A stretch of DNA of 64,000 bases from Gammaproteobacteria bacterium (GCA_050485545.1 JBJHBP010000004.1:67808-131807); one strand, 5' to 3'; positions 1-10,445 are shown, counted from the first letter of the stretch. Numbers and translations: made by a program. The notes: a model not told the origin generated them from the letters alone.

Positions 1-597
1 GTCGTAACCGAGTTGCGGCGCGAACTCGAAAATGCCACCGGCACCGACACCAGTCTGCGCAATGTTCCACATCTGTCCGCCGCTGCCGAGTATGTCGGCC
101 ACCTGAGCGTGACCCAGAGCCGCAAGCACTCGGCCATTCACGACGACGAGTTCAAGCCCGAAGCCACTTTCATACTGGGCGGCCAGATCCGCGGGCGCCC
201 TCCCGGCCTGTTCCTGATCTACCCGGAAGGCAACTACATCCGCGCGTCGCGGGAAACGCCCTATCTGCAGATCGGCGAACTGAAGTACGGCAAACCCATC
301 CTCGACCGGATCATCCACGCCGACACCAGCCTTGAAGACGCCACTTTGTGCGGACTGGTTTCGATGGACTCGACGATGCGCAGCAACGCCTCGGTCGGCC
401 CTCCGGTGGAGGTGCTGATCTATGCAACCGACACGCTGGATGGCGGCCGCCACATCGTGTTGCAGGAACACGATCCGTATCTGCTGAAGCTGCGTACCGC
501 CTGGCAGACCAATCTGCGAACGGCGTTCAACAACATGCCGCGACTGCCGGCCGAACGCGAGCGCCCGACGATACGTCTGGTGGACGACAACGCCTAG
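1..597 (+). CDS. Anbu-type proteasome-homologue peptidase (Ntn hydrolase), 5'-truncated by the window edge
   Basis: Frame 1 is open from nt 1. The translation (FILGGQIRGRPPGLFLIYPEGNYI, YLQIGELKYGKPILDR, LVSMDSTMRSNASVGPPVEV) matches the C-terminal two-thirds of bacterial Anbu/proteasome-type proteases. The N-terminal Thr region lies outside the window. Confidence 0.75.
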   Translation, partial: VVTELRRELENATGTDTSLRNVPHLSAAAEYVGHLSVTQSRKHSAIHDDEFKPEATFILGGQIRGRPPGLFLIYPEGNYIRASRETPYLQIGELKYGKPILDRIIHADTSLEDATLCGLVSMDSTMRSNASVGPPVEVLIYATDTLDGGRHIVLQEHDPYLLKLRTAWQTNLRTAFNNMPRLPAERERPTIRLVDDNA

Positions 598-755
598 GAG
601 CCTGCGCGGTAGAAACGGACGAGCCGAGGCGTTCCCAATTCGAGCCCGATTGTTCAATCGTCCGACGCGCATAGTGGTGACTATGTAAGGAGGACGATCG
701 AATAATCGGGCCGAAGTGGGGGCGCCGCAGGCCGTTCGGCTTCTGCCGCGCAGGC

Positions 756-1574
756 CTAGAGCGCCTCCAGGCGTTCAAAGAAGCTCCGCAGCCTTGCCGC
801 ATTGGTCCCCACGTCGCCGACGCCGACGCGCGACGTCGAGCGCGCATCGATCAGCGATCCGCCATCGCCCGATGGCTGGATGCGGATCACCACATCATCC
901 TTGAAACGAAACCAGAACGTGGTGTCGGTGGCTTCGATGCGGCCTTCCTCGGGCACCGCCGCCACCAGATCCCAGCCCATGCGGTCGACCGCTACCAGTG
1001 CGCGCTCGAACACACTGGCTGGCGCCATCGCAACACTGCGGGTAACGAGATCCGGATAGGCCTCCCGGGTCATTTCTCCGAGCCGTTCCGGCGTCATGTT
1101 GGGGTAGTTGCCATAGTCCACCGTGTTGGTGGCATCGACGCGCAGCGGAACCACATCGACGAACTGCGGCGGATTCGCGGTGTCCGTTGAAATGTCGTGG
1201 ATGGGCGGAATGTTCACGCCTTCGGGCGGACGATGGGATTCGGGGACGTAGTAGGCCAGCGCGGCCACCATGGCGCCGGTCAGGGACAGTGCCGCAGGCA
1301 GCAGCACCAGGCGACCGGTCAGTACACGACCGGCTATCAGCAGCAATACCGCCACGACCAAGGCGCTGATCGCCACCGAAGGCCCCCATCCGTGCGCGGC
1401 GCCGAGCAGTTCGAATCCGCGCTGCCAGTTCCAGGCGCCGAACCACACGCCGACGGCTGCCGCCAGCGCCACCACACCGGTGGCGAGGCCGGCGAGCAAT
1501 GCCAGCAACCCCACCATCTTCAGCCACAGCGAGGCCGATCGAAGATGTCCGACTCCCGCGGTTCGCTCCGTCAT
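756..1574 (-). CDS. DUF1499 family membrane protein
   Basis: N-terminal hydrophobic helices are followed by a DUF1499-like core (DISTDTANPPQF, AYPDL, FWFRFKDDVVIRIQP, SRVGVGDVGTNAARL). The ATG at 1574 is preferred because of the GGGGGA SD-like run upstream. The ORF is open up to 1640. Confidence 0.6.
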   Translation of the reverse strand: MTERTAGVGHLRSASLWLKMVGLLALLAGLATGVVALAAAVGVWFGAWNWQRGFELLGAAHGWGPSVAISALVVAVLLLIAGRVLTGRLVLLPAALSLTGAMVAALAYYVPESHRPPEGVNIPPIHDISTDTANPPQFVDVVPLRVDATNTVDYGNYPNMTPERLGEMTREAYPDLVTRSVAMAPASVFERALVAVDRMGWDLVAAVPEEGRIEATDTTFWFRFKDDVVIRIQPSGDGGSLIDARSTSRVGVGDVGTNAARLRSFFERLEAL

Positions 1575-1713
1575 AGCATCCCCCGTTCGCATTGGCTCCG
1601 GAATCCTGTCCCGGAGCAGCCACCATACCCGCATGGGCACCGGCGGGCGAGCCGTGCCGGACGATCCCGCCGGTACGGTGACCCATCAGGACCCTCGTCG
1701 GCCTCGCGGCGAA

Positions 1714-3021
1714 TCAGCGCGGCGAATCAGCGGCTGACACCGCCGCGGCGTCGAAACGGCGCCCCAGCATCCAGCCCAGGGCCGCCCAGACGCCGGCGAC
1801 CGCGGCGCCGATCAGCATCACCCCGGCGGCACTGACGCCGGCAGTCTGAATCGCATTGTTGAGCTGCGCCGATACCGCATCGGCACCGCGATAAACCGGC
1901 ACGTCGACGGTATTCTTGGCCTTGTACTTCGACTCCCGGTCGAGCGGACTCCAGAGCATTTCCCGCCCCGGCCGCACCAGCGCGTATTCACCGGCTCGCC
2001 GCAGAATCATGATTGCCGCCAGCACCGCGAAAGTACCGCTCGCGGCAAGCGCAAGAAATCCAAACACGAGAGCCAGCGGCACCAGCGTCAGCAGTGTCGT
2101 GACGCCAAAGCGCGCCGCGATGCGTCCGGTCAGAAACAGTTGTGTGAACAGCGTGAGTCCCTGCACGATCCAGTCCAGTCGCGCGAACACCCGGGTCCTG
2201 CGCGTCACGTCGTCAAAGGTTTCCGCAACCAGTCGCAGCTGCTCGAAGTACAGCAGCGTGCTGACCATCGACAGCCCGACAATGAACAGCGCGATACCGA
2301 TCAGGTAGGGCGAACGCAGAATCAACGTCACACCGGCGAACACATTGCCACCAAGCGGCCGATCGTCGGCAGGGACGGTGCGGTCCGCCACGGTGCGCTG
2401 CCTCCAGATCGCGAGCAGAATGTACTGGCAGACGATGGCGGCAACGAACAGCGATGCACCCAGGAACAGCACGCCGCTCTGGCCGATGGACCCCACGGCA
2501 AGATCCGACACCAGCGGCCCGACCAGCGCTCCGGTGCTGCCGCCCGCGGCAATCACGCCAAACAGACGCTTGCTCTGCGCCTTGTTGAAAATCTCCAGCA
2601 GAAAGCTCCAGAACAGCGAGATCAGGAACAGGTTGACGACGCTGATGAACACATAGAAGAACCGGCCCGCGCGCGGCGTGATTTCGCCGCCGTGAAACGC
2701 AGTGCCGATCAAGACGAGCACGATCGCCACGACCGCGTACGTGGCCGGGAGAAATGCGCTGCGCCGGAACCTTGCAACGATCACGCCGAATATCGGAATG
2801 ACCAGCACCGAACAGGCGGCCGTCAGGATCCACAGATCGGCAACCTGTTCGCGGCCGAGCACGGTGCCCACGGTCTCGCGCACGGGGCGCACCGCGAAAT
2901 AGCCGGCCCACATCGTGAAAAACAGACAGAACGCCGCAACGACGGCGCGTACCTCGCCAGGCTCGACGGGCGTCAGACGGGTGACAACGCGCGTGAGCGG
3001 TGAACCTGCAGCGGCAACCAT
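1714..3021 (-). CDS. TLC/Npt1-like (ATP:ADP-antiporter-family-like) multi-pass transporter, paralogue 1
   Basis: About 12 hydrophobic segments plus the motif LFWSFLLEIFNKAQSKRLFGVIAAGGSTGALVGP, which is typical of TLC-family/MFS-annotated nucleotide-transporter homologues. The ATG at 3021 is preferred over the TTG at 3081. Confidence 0.55.
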   Translation of the reverse strand: MVAAAGSPLTRVVTRLTPVEPGEVRAVVAAFCLFFTMWAGYFAVRPVRETVGTVLGREQVADLWILTAACSVLVIPIFGVIVARFRRSAFLPATYAVVAIVLVLIGTAFHGGEITPRAGRFFYVFISVVNLFLISLFWSFLLEIFNKAQSKRLFGVIAAGGSTGALVGPLVSDLAVGSIGQSGVLFLGASLFVAAIVCQYILLAIWRQRTVADRTVPADDRPLGGNVFAGVTLILRSPYLIGIALFIVGLSMVSTLLYFEQLRLVAETFDDVTRRTRVFARLDWIVQGLTLFTQLFLTGRIAARFGVTTLLTLVPLALVFGFLALAASGTFAVLAAIMILRRAGEYALVRPGREMLWSPLDRESKYKAKNTVDVPVYRGADAVSAQLNNAIQTAGVSAAGVMLIGAAVAGVWAALGWMLGRRFDAAAVSAADSPR

Positions 3022-3199
3022 CGGTCTAGCATAACCGCGCACGGCCCAGGACAGCAGCCGGAGGGGCAGTCGATTCAGCAACCATGGCGCATTCAGGACC
3101 GATCGTGTGGATGCCGGCCAGGCTGCTACGACGAAACTTCTGGTTGCGCCGCAGTGTCCTCACTAGAATGCCCAAAACACCAAGACGAGGGGAAACAGC

Positions 3200-4549
3200 G
3201 TGACTGCAGTCCTGGAACGATTCTTCAATGTGCGCCGTGAGGAGCTGCTGCCCATTCTGATGGCCGCGCTGTATTTCTTCTGCGTCCTGACCGCGCTGAT
3301 GATTCTGCGCCCCACGCGCGACGCGCTCGGCATGCAGCGCGGCATCGATGAGATTCGCTGGCTGTTCAATGGCACCCTCGTCCTGACGCTGTTCGTCAGC
3401 CCGCTATTCGGAATGCTCGTCGTCCGCTTCAAGAGAATGGTGTTCATCTCGACGACGCATGTGTTTTTCATCGCCAATCTGCTGGTGTTCTGCGCCATCC
3501 TGCTGCTCGCGCCGGAGGCAGTGGGCGAGCGCACCGGCCAGGCGTTCTACGTGTGGATGAGTGTGTTCAATCTGTTCGTCACGATGATGTTCTGGGCGCT
3601 GATGGCAGACCGCTTCTCATTCGAGCAGAGCAAGCGCATCTTCGGTGTGATTGCGGTCGGCGGGACCATGGGCGCATTGACCGGTTCGACGCTGGTCTGG
3701 AACCTGGCGGAAATCATAGGCGCACCAATGATGCTCGTGCTGGCCTGCGTATTCCTGGTGTTCGCCACAGGCGCGGCGTGGGTCGTCGCGACGCTGCAAC
3801 CGGAGCGTCCGGGTACACCGGGCAATCCACGACTCGGAACGGATACCACCGGTGTAATCGGCGGCAGCGCCTGGGAAGGGATGCGCGCGGTGTTCCGTTC
3901 GCCGTACCTGCTCGGCATCTCGGGTTACGTTCTTATTCTGGCGGTCATGGTCACATTCATATATTTCACACGACTGCAGATGGTGGCAGCAGCCGGTGAC
4001 AGTGTGGACTTCCGTACCGGCATGTTCGCGCAGATGGATTTCTACACCCAGGCGGCCACGCTGGTGCTGCAGCTTCTCGTCGTCGGCCATGTGATGAAGC
4101 GTTTCGGCGTCGCTTTCACGATGGCCGTGCTGCCGATCACGGTCGCACTCGGTTTCATCGGCCTTGCGATCGTCGGATCGATCGTCGCGCTGGTGGTCTT
4201 CGACGCCACGCAGCGCGCGGTGCAGCGCGCGATCATGCGTCCGGCACGTGAGACCTTGTGGACCGTGGTCAGCCGCGAAGAGAAATACAAGGCCAAGGCT
4301 TTTATCGACACGTTCATATATCGCGGCGGCGACGCTGTCGGTGCACAGACCGAAGGCGCGCTCGGCCGACTGGGCCTGGCTCTGTATGGGTTGGCGATCG
4401 TGGCCGTGCCGCTCGCCGTCATCTGGGCGATGCTCGGCATCTGGCTGGGCCGGCAGCAGGCGAAGATTGCCCGCGAGCGGGGCGAGGCCGGCACGGAAAG
4501 TCAGCAGGCGATCTCGGACGGGACGCCGCAGCCGCAGACTGTCCGGTAA
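3200..4549 (+). CDS. TLC/Npt1-like multi-pass transporter, paralogue 2
   Basis: Same architecture as paralogue 1, with the motif MFWALMADRFSFEQSKRIFGVIAVGGTMGALTGS. GTG start preceded by GAGGGGAAAC. Transcribed divergently from paralogue 1. Confidence 0.55.
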   Translation: MTAVLERFFNVRREELLPILMAALYFFCVLTALMILRPTRDALGMQRGIDEIRWLFNGTLVLTLFVSPLFGMLVVRFKRMVFISTTHVFFIANLLVFCAILLLAPEAVGERTGQAFYVWMSVFNLFVTMMFWALMADRFSFEQSKRIFGVIAVGGTMGALTGSTLVWNLAEIIGAPMMLVLACVFLVFATGAAWVVATLQPERPGTPGNPRLGTDTTGVIGGSAWEGMRAVFRSPYLLGISGYVLILAVMVTFIYFTRLQMVAAAGDSVDFRTGMFAQMDFYTQAATLVLQLLVVGHVMKRFGVAFTMAVLPITVALGFIGLAIVGSIVALVVFDATQRAVQRAIMRPARETLWTVVSREEKYKAKAFIDTFIYRGGDAVGAQTEGALGRLGLALYGLAIVAVPLAVIWAMLGIWLGRQQAKIARERGEAGTESQQAISDGTPQPQTVR

Positions 4550-4583
4550 GGCGCTGCGTGCCCGGGGAGGCGCTGCGAATGGC

Positions 4584-5597
4584 TCAGAGACGCGACCTGC
4601 TCAGGAGCGTCTCGCGTACCAGTTCCAGCTTGGCGATAACCGTTGGCGACAGCGTGAAGGGATAGGGGTCGTCCATGCCCAGACTGCGGTTGAGCTCGTT
4701 CAGTGCCACGGACAGCTCGATCCAGGCATCGACCCAGCCCCCGGCCAAGGCGACATCGACATCACCGGTTTCGATGCCGAAAGCCTGTGCGGTTTCCAGC
4801 GTGTCGGTGATGTGCAGCCAGTGAGCCCAGGTCTCGGCCCAGTCTTCCAGCGGATGGGAGGCCGCATACCGACTGATGTAGCGGTCGGTGTCCACCGGCT
4901 CGGTCTGAACGCGCTGATAGTGCGCCTCGATGGCCGCCTGGTAGTCGACGGTTTCGTCGCCGAAAAGCGCCCGGAACTGCGTCCGCCGTGCGTTGCCGTG
5001 GCTGACCAGTGACTCGAAATAGAAGTGGCCGCTTTCATGGCGGAAGTGTCCGAGCAGCGTGCGATAGCGCTCGCGCATCTGTTCGCGCGCCGCCTGACGC
5101 GCCGAATCGTCGGCTTCGACCAGATTGATCGTGATCGTACCGGCGAAGTGACCGGTGAGAACAAACGACTCCTCGACCAGCGGATTGCGGCGGCGGTCCT
5201 CCAGAAAACGGAACGTCGGCGCCGCCAACGCCCCCCCCGCGTACGGTGCGAACAGCCCGAGGCGCAGCAGGTCGTAGAGCATGCGGCGTTTTGCACGTTC
5301 CATCCTCTCCCACAGCGTGCGATTGCCCCTTCTCGACAGATTCGGGATCACCTCGGTCAACCGGCAGGACGCGCAGTAGTCGTTGCCGGAGTCGGCCGCC
5401 ACCCACCAGTTGCACATGGCGAACTGCGTGCGGTTGCGGCACGGCCGTGCCGCGCCGCTGTCGGCCGGACCGGCCGCGTCCATGGCAGTGGTGATCTCAA
5501 GCCGCACCGGGTCAAAGCCCAGCTCTTCACCGCAGCGCAGACACCGAACGCTGTCGAAAAACACGCGCGCGCCGCAGCGACAGACGAACCGTTTCAT
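4584..5597 (-). CDS. Zinc-ribbon-containing putative zinc metallopeptidase
   Basis: N-terminal CxC...CxxC ribbon (MKRFVCRCGARVFFDSVRCLRCGEE) and an HExxH motif (FRHESGHFYF). The ATG at 5597 overlaps the stop of the upstream alpha-E gene (ATGA). Confidence 0.7.
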   Translation of the reverse strand: MKRFVCRCGARVFFDSVRCLRCGEELGFDPVRLEITTAMDAAGPADSGAARPCRNRTQFAMCNWWVAADSGNDYCASCRLTEVIPNLSRRGNRTLWERMERAKRRMLYDLLRLGLFAPYAGGALAAPTFRFLEDRRRNPLVEESFVLTGHFAGTITINLVEADDSARQAAREQMRERYRTLLGHFRHESGHFYFESLVSHGNARRTQFRALFGDETVDYQAAIEAHYQRVQTEPVDTDRYISRYAASHPLEDWAETWAHWLHITDTLETAQAFGIETGDVDVALAGGWVDAWIELSVALNELNRSLGMDDPYPFTLSPTVIAKLELVRETLLSRSRL

Positions 5598-6535
5598 TTT
5601 GTGACCGTCGTGGCGAACCAGGTCGAACTGATCTCGCGTTGCAGGTCGGCGATGGCCACCTGTGTCTGATCGATCCAACGGTGCAGCCCGGCCAGGTCGA
5701 GGCTCTGGAGCGCGAGCTGATCGACATCACTGGCAAGCGCCGCCGCGCGACCCGATGCCGCCTCATGACGCGGCAGACGCGTCAGCGACACACCAAGACT
5801 GATCAGGCAGAAGCTGAGTGCCCGCGGAAACTGCCGGTCCCTGAGCAGGAATTCGATCACATCGCTGCCTACCACCCGTCGCCGCACATGCTGGCGATAC
5901 ATCTGGTAGGCGCTCACCGACTGCAGCACCGCCATCCACAGCGAGTTGTCATATCGCTCCAGCTCCTGCCGTCCCGACAGCAGTGTGGCCGCCGCCACAT
6001 CGAGGATGCGCGTTGTCATGTCCGCACGTTCCAGCGTTCGGCCGATCTTGAAATACTGATAGGCGGGACCATGACTCATGCTTTCGGACAGCAGCCCGTT
6101 CAACTGCTGACAGCGCTCAACGACATGCGAATGAATCTCGTGCCTGCGGCGCGTGGTGGCACCCGCCGACAGTTCACCGGCAGCGAACAGATACAGCTGA
6201 TTGATGGAACGCCACGCCTCCGAAGGTACGATGTCTCGCGCGGTGCGTATGTTCTCGCGCGCATACGCCAGCGACGAGAAGATGGAACTCGGATTGTTGC
6301 GATCGGACACCATGAACCGTTCGGCGCTGTCCGGACCCGGTTCAGGATACAGCGTGGTGAACAGCGACCGATTGCCCATGATCTCGACCAGCATGTCCCA
6401 CTTCAGTCCCGACTCGCGCGGCAGATCCAGCAGCAGATTGCCGTACACCCTGGACAGCCGCGACGTGGTGTTGGCACGTTCCAGATACCGGGCCGCCCAG
6501 TAGATTCGCTCTGCAACCCGCGACAGCAGGCTCAC
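5594..6535 (-). CDS. Alpha-E domain protein (DUF403/COG2307)
   Basis: The N-terminus LLSRVAERIYWAARYLERANTTSRL is the hallmark start of alpha-E proteins. The GTG start overlaps the stop of the ATP-grasp gene (GTGA). Confidence 0.85.
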   Translation of the reverse strand: MSLLSRVAERIYWAARYLERANTTSRLSRVYGNLLLDLPRESGLKWDMLVEIMGNRSLFTTLYPEPGPDSAERFMVSDRNNPSSIFSSLAYARENIRTARDIVPSEAWRSINQLYLFAAGELSAGATTRRRHEIHSHVVERCQQLNGLLSESMSHGPAYQYFKIGRTLERADMTTRILDVAAATLLSGRQELERYDNSLWMAVLQSVSAYQMYRQHVRRRVVGSDVIEFLLRDRQFPRALSFCLISLGVSLTRLPRHEAASGRAAALASDVDQLALQSLDLAGLHRWIDQTQVAIADLQREISSTWFATTVTK

Positions 6536-7980
6536 GGGCGCACCGCCACGATCCAGGTGTCCTTGCTGCCGCCACCCTGCGACGAATTCACCACCAGAGA
6601 GCCCTGGCGCAGCGCCACCCGCGTCAGCCCGCCAGGCGTCACGTAGGTACGCTCGCCCTGGAGAATGAACGGCCGCAGATCCAGATGCCGCGGCTCGATC
6701 CGGTCGCTGACCAGGGTCGGCGCGGTGGAAAGCGCCAGTACCGGTTGCGCGATGTAGTTGCGCGGATTGGCGCGAATCAGTTCGGCCATCTCCGCCCGTT
6801 GCGCCGCGGTGGAGTTCGGGCCGATCAGCATGCCGTAGCCGCCGGACTCGTTCGCCGGCTTCACCACCAGTGACTCAAGGTTGTCCAGCACGTACTCCAG
6901 GTCACTCTGGTCACGGAGCAGCCGAGTGGGCACGTTCGGCAGTATCGGCTCCTCGTCGAGGTAGTAGCGGATCATGTCCGGCACATAGGCGTAGATCACC
7001 TTGTCGTCCGCCACGCCAGCGCCGGGTGCGTTCGCAATTGCGACGTTGCCGGCCCGCCATGCCCTCATCAGGCCGGGTACGCCGAGCGCGGACTCCGGCT
7101 CGAAGCACTCCGGGTCCATGAACGTGTCGTTGATGCGCCGGTAGATCACGTCGACGCGCTCCGGTCCATCGACGGTGCGCAGATAGACGCATTCGTCGTC
7201 GGCCACCACCAGATCACCGCCTTCCACAAGCTCCACGCCCATGCGCTGCGCCAGATAGGCGTGCTCGAAGTAGGCGGAGTTGTAGATGCCCGGCGTCAGC
7301 ACGACGACGCGCGGCAGCTCGAGATTGCGTGGCGACAGCGACGCCAGCATGTCGAACAGCTGGGAGGCGTAATCATCCACTGGAAGAATGGCCGCATGGT
7401 CGAACACCTCCGGAAACACTTCCTTGGTGACGATGCGGTTCTCGAGCATGTAGGACACGCCCGAGGGCACCCGCAGATTGTCCTCGAGAACAAAGACGGT
7501 ACCGTCGGCGTCGCGCACCAGATCACTACCGCAGATGTTCGCCCAGATACCGAAAGGCGGGTTCGCGCCAGCACAGGCAGACAGATAATTCGGAGAATCG
7601 ATGATGATATCGTGCGGGATCACGCCATCGGCGACGATGCGGCGATCGTGATAGATATCGTCGATGAACCGGTTCAGCGCCGTCAGCCGCTGCGACAGGC
7701 CCTTCTCGATATGTCGCCATTCATCCAGCGCAATAGTCCGCGGAATGACATCGAATGGCCATGCGCGATCGATGTTCTGCCCTTCGGTGTACACCGTAAA
7801 CGTGATGCCCATCTCGACGATCACGCGTTCGGCGTCGCGCTGCCGCTCAAGCAGCTGCGGAATACCGAGTGTGGTCAGGTATTCGGTAACCGGCCGCGCC
7901 GCTGGTCGCGCGACACCCTGGGCGGCGACGAGTTCGTCGAAGAACGCGCCGGAATTGTAGCTGCTCCAGTCAATACTCAT
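6532..7980 (-). CDS. Circularly permuted type-2 ATP-grasp protein (COG2308, DUF404/DUF407)
   Basis: 482 aa with family-typical blocks (PFDVIPR, VVLTPGIYNSAYFEHAYLAQRMGVELVEGGDL, VDVIYRRI, NAPGAGVADDKVIYAYVP, VVKPANESGGYGMLIGP). Confidence 0.85.
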   Translation of the reverse strand: MSIDWSSYNSGAFFDELVAAQGVARPAARPVTEYLTTLGIPQLLERQRDAERVIVEMGITFTVYTEGQNIDRAWPFDVIPRTIALDEWRHIEKGLSQRLTALNRFIDDIYHDRRIVADGVIPHDIIIDSPNYLSACAGANPPFGIWANICGSDLVRDADGTVFVLEDNLRVPSGVSYMLENRIVTKEVFPEVFDHAAILPVDDYASQLFDMLASLSPRNLELPRVVVLTPGIYNSAYFEHAYLAQRMGVELVEGGDLVVADDECVYLRTVDGPERVDVIYRRINDTFMDPECFEPESALGVPGLMRAWRAGNVAIANAPGAGVADDKVIYAYVPDMIRYYLDEEPILPNVPTRLLRDQSDLEYVLDNLESLVVKPANESGGYGMLIGPNSTAAQRAEMAELIRANPRNYIAQPVLALSTAPTLVSDRIEPRHLDLRPFILQGERTYVTPGGLTRVALRQGSLVVNSSQGGGSKDTWIVAVRP

Positions 7981-8024
7981 CGGTAAGCTCTACGATACCT
8001 CAACTCAACCAGGCGGAACGCGAA

Positions 8025-10427
8025 TTGCACGCCACACCCCCCGATACACCTGTCCGGCGACATCGACCGGCAACCTTTGCCGGCGCCATCCTGATCACTG
8101 CCGTGGTGGTACTCACCGGCACCACGATCGCACTGTGGATGATGCTTACCGCCTCACTGCCACGCAGCACCGGCTCCGTCACAGTACATGGACTCGCAAA
8201 TGAAGTCGTCATTGAGCTGGACGCACTGGAAACGCCCATCATACGCACCACGACGATGCACGATGCGCTGCTGGCGCAGGGCTTTGTCCATGCCCAGCAG
8301 CGCTACTTCCAGATGGATCTGGCAAGACGCCACGCCGCCGGCGAACTGGCTGAACTGTTCGGTACGATCGCCCTGCCCTTGGATCGCGACCAGCGCCGCT
8401 ACCAGTTGCGCCAGCGTGCGCGGCAACTGCTGGACACATTGCCCGCGGAACAGCGCTCGTGGCTGCTCGCCTACGCCGATGGTGTCAATGCGGGCCTCGC
8501 CGATCTCGGCGCCAGGCCGCCCGAGTACTGGCTGCTGCGCGCCCGACCGACACCGTGGCTGCCAGAAGACTGCGTGCTGGTGCTGTTCGGCATGTACACG
8601 ATGATGTCGATGAACCACGTGTTCGAGCTGCCCAATGGCGTTATGCAGGCCACGCTGCCGGAGGAGCTGTTCGCCTTCCTGACCACGTCGGGCAGTCGTT
8701 TCGACGCGCTGGTGGACGCCTCAGGCGCCCTGCGTTCCGATTACCAGCCGCTGCCGCTGCCGGACAGCGACGTGATCGACCTTCGCCGATTGCCCGAAGC
8801 GCCACAGGATCCGTTGCGGCAGCTGGTTGCCCCGCCGCTCTACGGGCCAGCCGGTTCCAACCAGTGGGCTGTGGGCGGCGCACTGACCCGGAACGGGCGG
8901 GCCATGCTCGCCAACGATCCGCATCTGCGCCTGCAGCTGCCGAACGTGTTCTTCCGCATCCATCTGCACTGGGCCGAACACGGTGCCGGCGGCATCAGTG
9001 TGCCCGGATTGCCGGGGATCGTGATCGGCGCATCCGACCAGCTGGCCTGGGGCGCCACGGTCAGCAACGCGGATCAGAGCGACTGGGTGGTGATTGAAGT
9101 CGATCCCGACGATCCGTCGCGCTATCGCGTGCCGGAAGGTCATGAACGCTTTCGCACCACAATGGAGCAGATTCACGTGCGTGGCGCGGCGACGGACACC
9201 CTGGATCTGCGCACCACACGCTGGGGGCCGGTGATCGAAAACGACTGGCTGGACCGTCCGCTGGCGCTGCGGGCCACGTGGCTGGAAGCCGATGGCGCCA
9301 ACCTGACACTGCTGAACCTGCCGCTGGCGCGCAACGTGGACGAGGCGCTGGCAACACTGGCGCAGTGGTCCGGTCCGTCGCTGAACTGGATGCTCGCCGA
9401 TGCAGGCGGTCGCATCGGCTGGACGATCAACGGCCCGGTGCCCGAGCGCGCCGGGTTCGACGGCGCGGTGCCGGTATCCTGGGCTGATGGCACACGAGGC
9501 TGGAATCAGTGGCTGGACCTGCCGGCGATCAGTGCCGATGAGAACGGATCACTGTTCACTGCGAACAGCAGGACGCTGCCGCATGCCTTGAGCGACGGCA
9601 TCAGTCGTGCATGGATGCGACCGCTGCGCGCCCATCGCATTGCCACATTGCTGTCGGAGGGTACGGCGTTCACGGAGGCCGATTTCGTCGCGATGCAACT
9701 GGATACGCGTGCCGCCGGCTATGACGCCCTGCGTGACCTGCTGCTCGACGTACTGCCCGACAACGAGCCCGACGAGCGGCTGCGAACCGTGCGGGCGATC
9801 GTGGCCGGCTGGGACGGCCATGCGCAGATCGATCAGCCGGGATTCCGGTTGCTGCACAACTACTATCTCGCGCTGCTCGAACGCGTACTGGGCGCCCTGC
9901 TCGTGACGCCCGCCGAGACCCACGCTCAGTTCGTCTACCGCTGGCCGCTGGCGGATGAACCGCTGCGACGCATACTCGAAGAGCGGCCGGACCATCTTCT
10001 GCCCCCCGGGCACGACGACTGGCCAGCGTTCCTGCGTCAGATACTGGTGGATTCCCTGAACGACGATCAGCGCACAACCGGCGCGTCGCTCGACAGACCA
10101 TGGGGAGACGTCAACCGACTCACAGCCGGCCATGTTTTCGCCGACCTGATGCCGTGGCTGCGCACGCGTCTGTCGATGGCCGACGAACCCCTGCCCGGCT
10201 CGATGCTGTCGCTGCGGGTGGCGGCGCCCGACTACGGCGCGACGGCTCGTCTGGTGATTGCTCCGGCGGCGCCCGGGGCTGGCGTGCTGCAGATGCCGGG
10301 CGGCCAGAGCGGCCACCCGTTGTCTGCCCGCTTCGATGATCAGACGCGGGACTGGCTGACTGGCAGCGCAGTCCCGTTCCTGCCCGGGCCGGCCGTTTCC
10401 GGATTCGTGCTCAGGCCGCCGGACTGA
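8025..10427 (+). CDS. Penicillin acylase family Ntn hydrolase (possible acyl-homoserine-lactone acylase)
   Basis: 800 aa with an N-terminal TM/signal segment and the nucleophile-region motif GPAGSNQWAVGG typical of the penicillin amidase/PvdQ-QuiP family. The only in-frame start near the 5' end is a TTG. Confidence 0.8.
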   Translation: MHATPPDTPVRRHRPATFAGAILITAVVVLTGTTIALWMMLTASLPRSTGSVTVHGLANEVVIELDALETPIIRTTTMHDALLAQGFVHAQQRYFQMDLARRHAAGELAELFGTIALPLDRDQRRYQLRQRARQLLDTLPAEQRSWLLAYADGVNAGLADLGARPPEYWLLRARPTPWLPEDCVLVLFGMYTMMSMNHVFELPNGVMQATLPEELFAFLTTSGSRFDALVDASGALRSDYQPLPLPDSDVIDLRRLPEAPQDPLRQLVAPPLYGPAGSNQWAVGGALTRNGRAMLANDPHLRLQLPNVFFRIHLHWAEHGAGGISVPGLPGIVIGASDQLAWGATVSNADQSDWVVIEVDPDDPSRYRVPEGHERFRTTMEQIHVRGAATDTLDLRTTRWGPVIENDWLDRPLALRATWLEADGANLTLLNLPLARNVDEALATLAQWSGPSLNWMLADAGGRIGWTINGPVPERAGFDGAVPVSWADGTRGWNQWLDLPAISADENGSLFTANSRTLPHALSDGISRAWMRPLRAHRIATLLSEGTAFTEADFVAMQLDTRAAGYDALRDLLLDVLPDNEPDERLRTVRAIVAGWDGHAQIDQPGFRLLHNYYLALLERVLGALLVTPAETHAQFVYRWPLADEPLRRILEERPDHLLPPGHDDWPAFLRQILVDSLNDDQRTTGASLDRPWGDVNRLTAGHVFADLMPWLRTRLSMADEPLPGSMLSLRVAAPDYGATARLVIAPAAPGAGVLQMPGGQSGHPLSARFDDQTRDWLTGSAVPFLPGPAVSGFVLRPPD

Positions 10428-10445
10428 GATCGCCGATCAGTGAAG

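Noticed and set aside
700-756. Hairpin downstream of the DUF1499 gene as an intrinsic terminator.
   Set aside because: The stem is only about 7 bp with a bulge and no following T-run, and much of the apparent symmetry is actually a direct repeat (GGCCTGCG twice).
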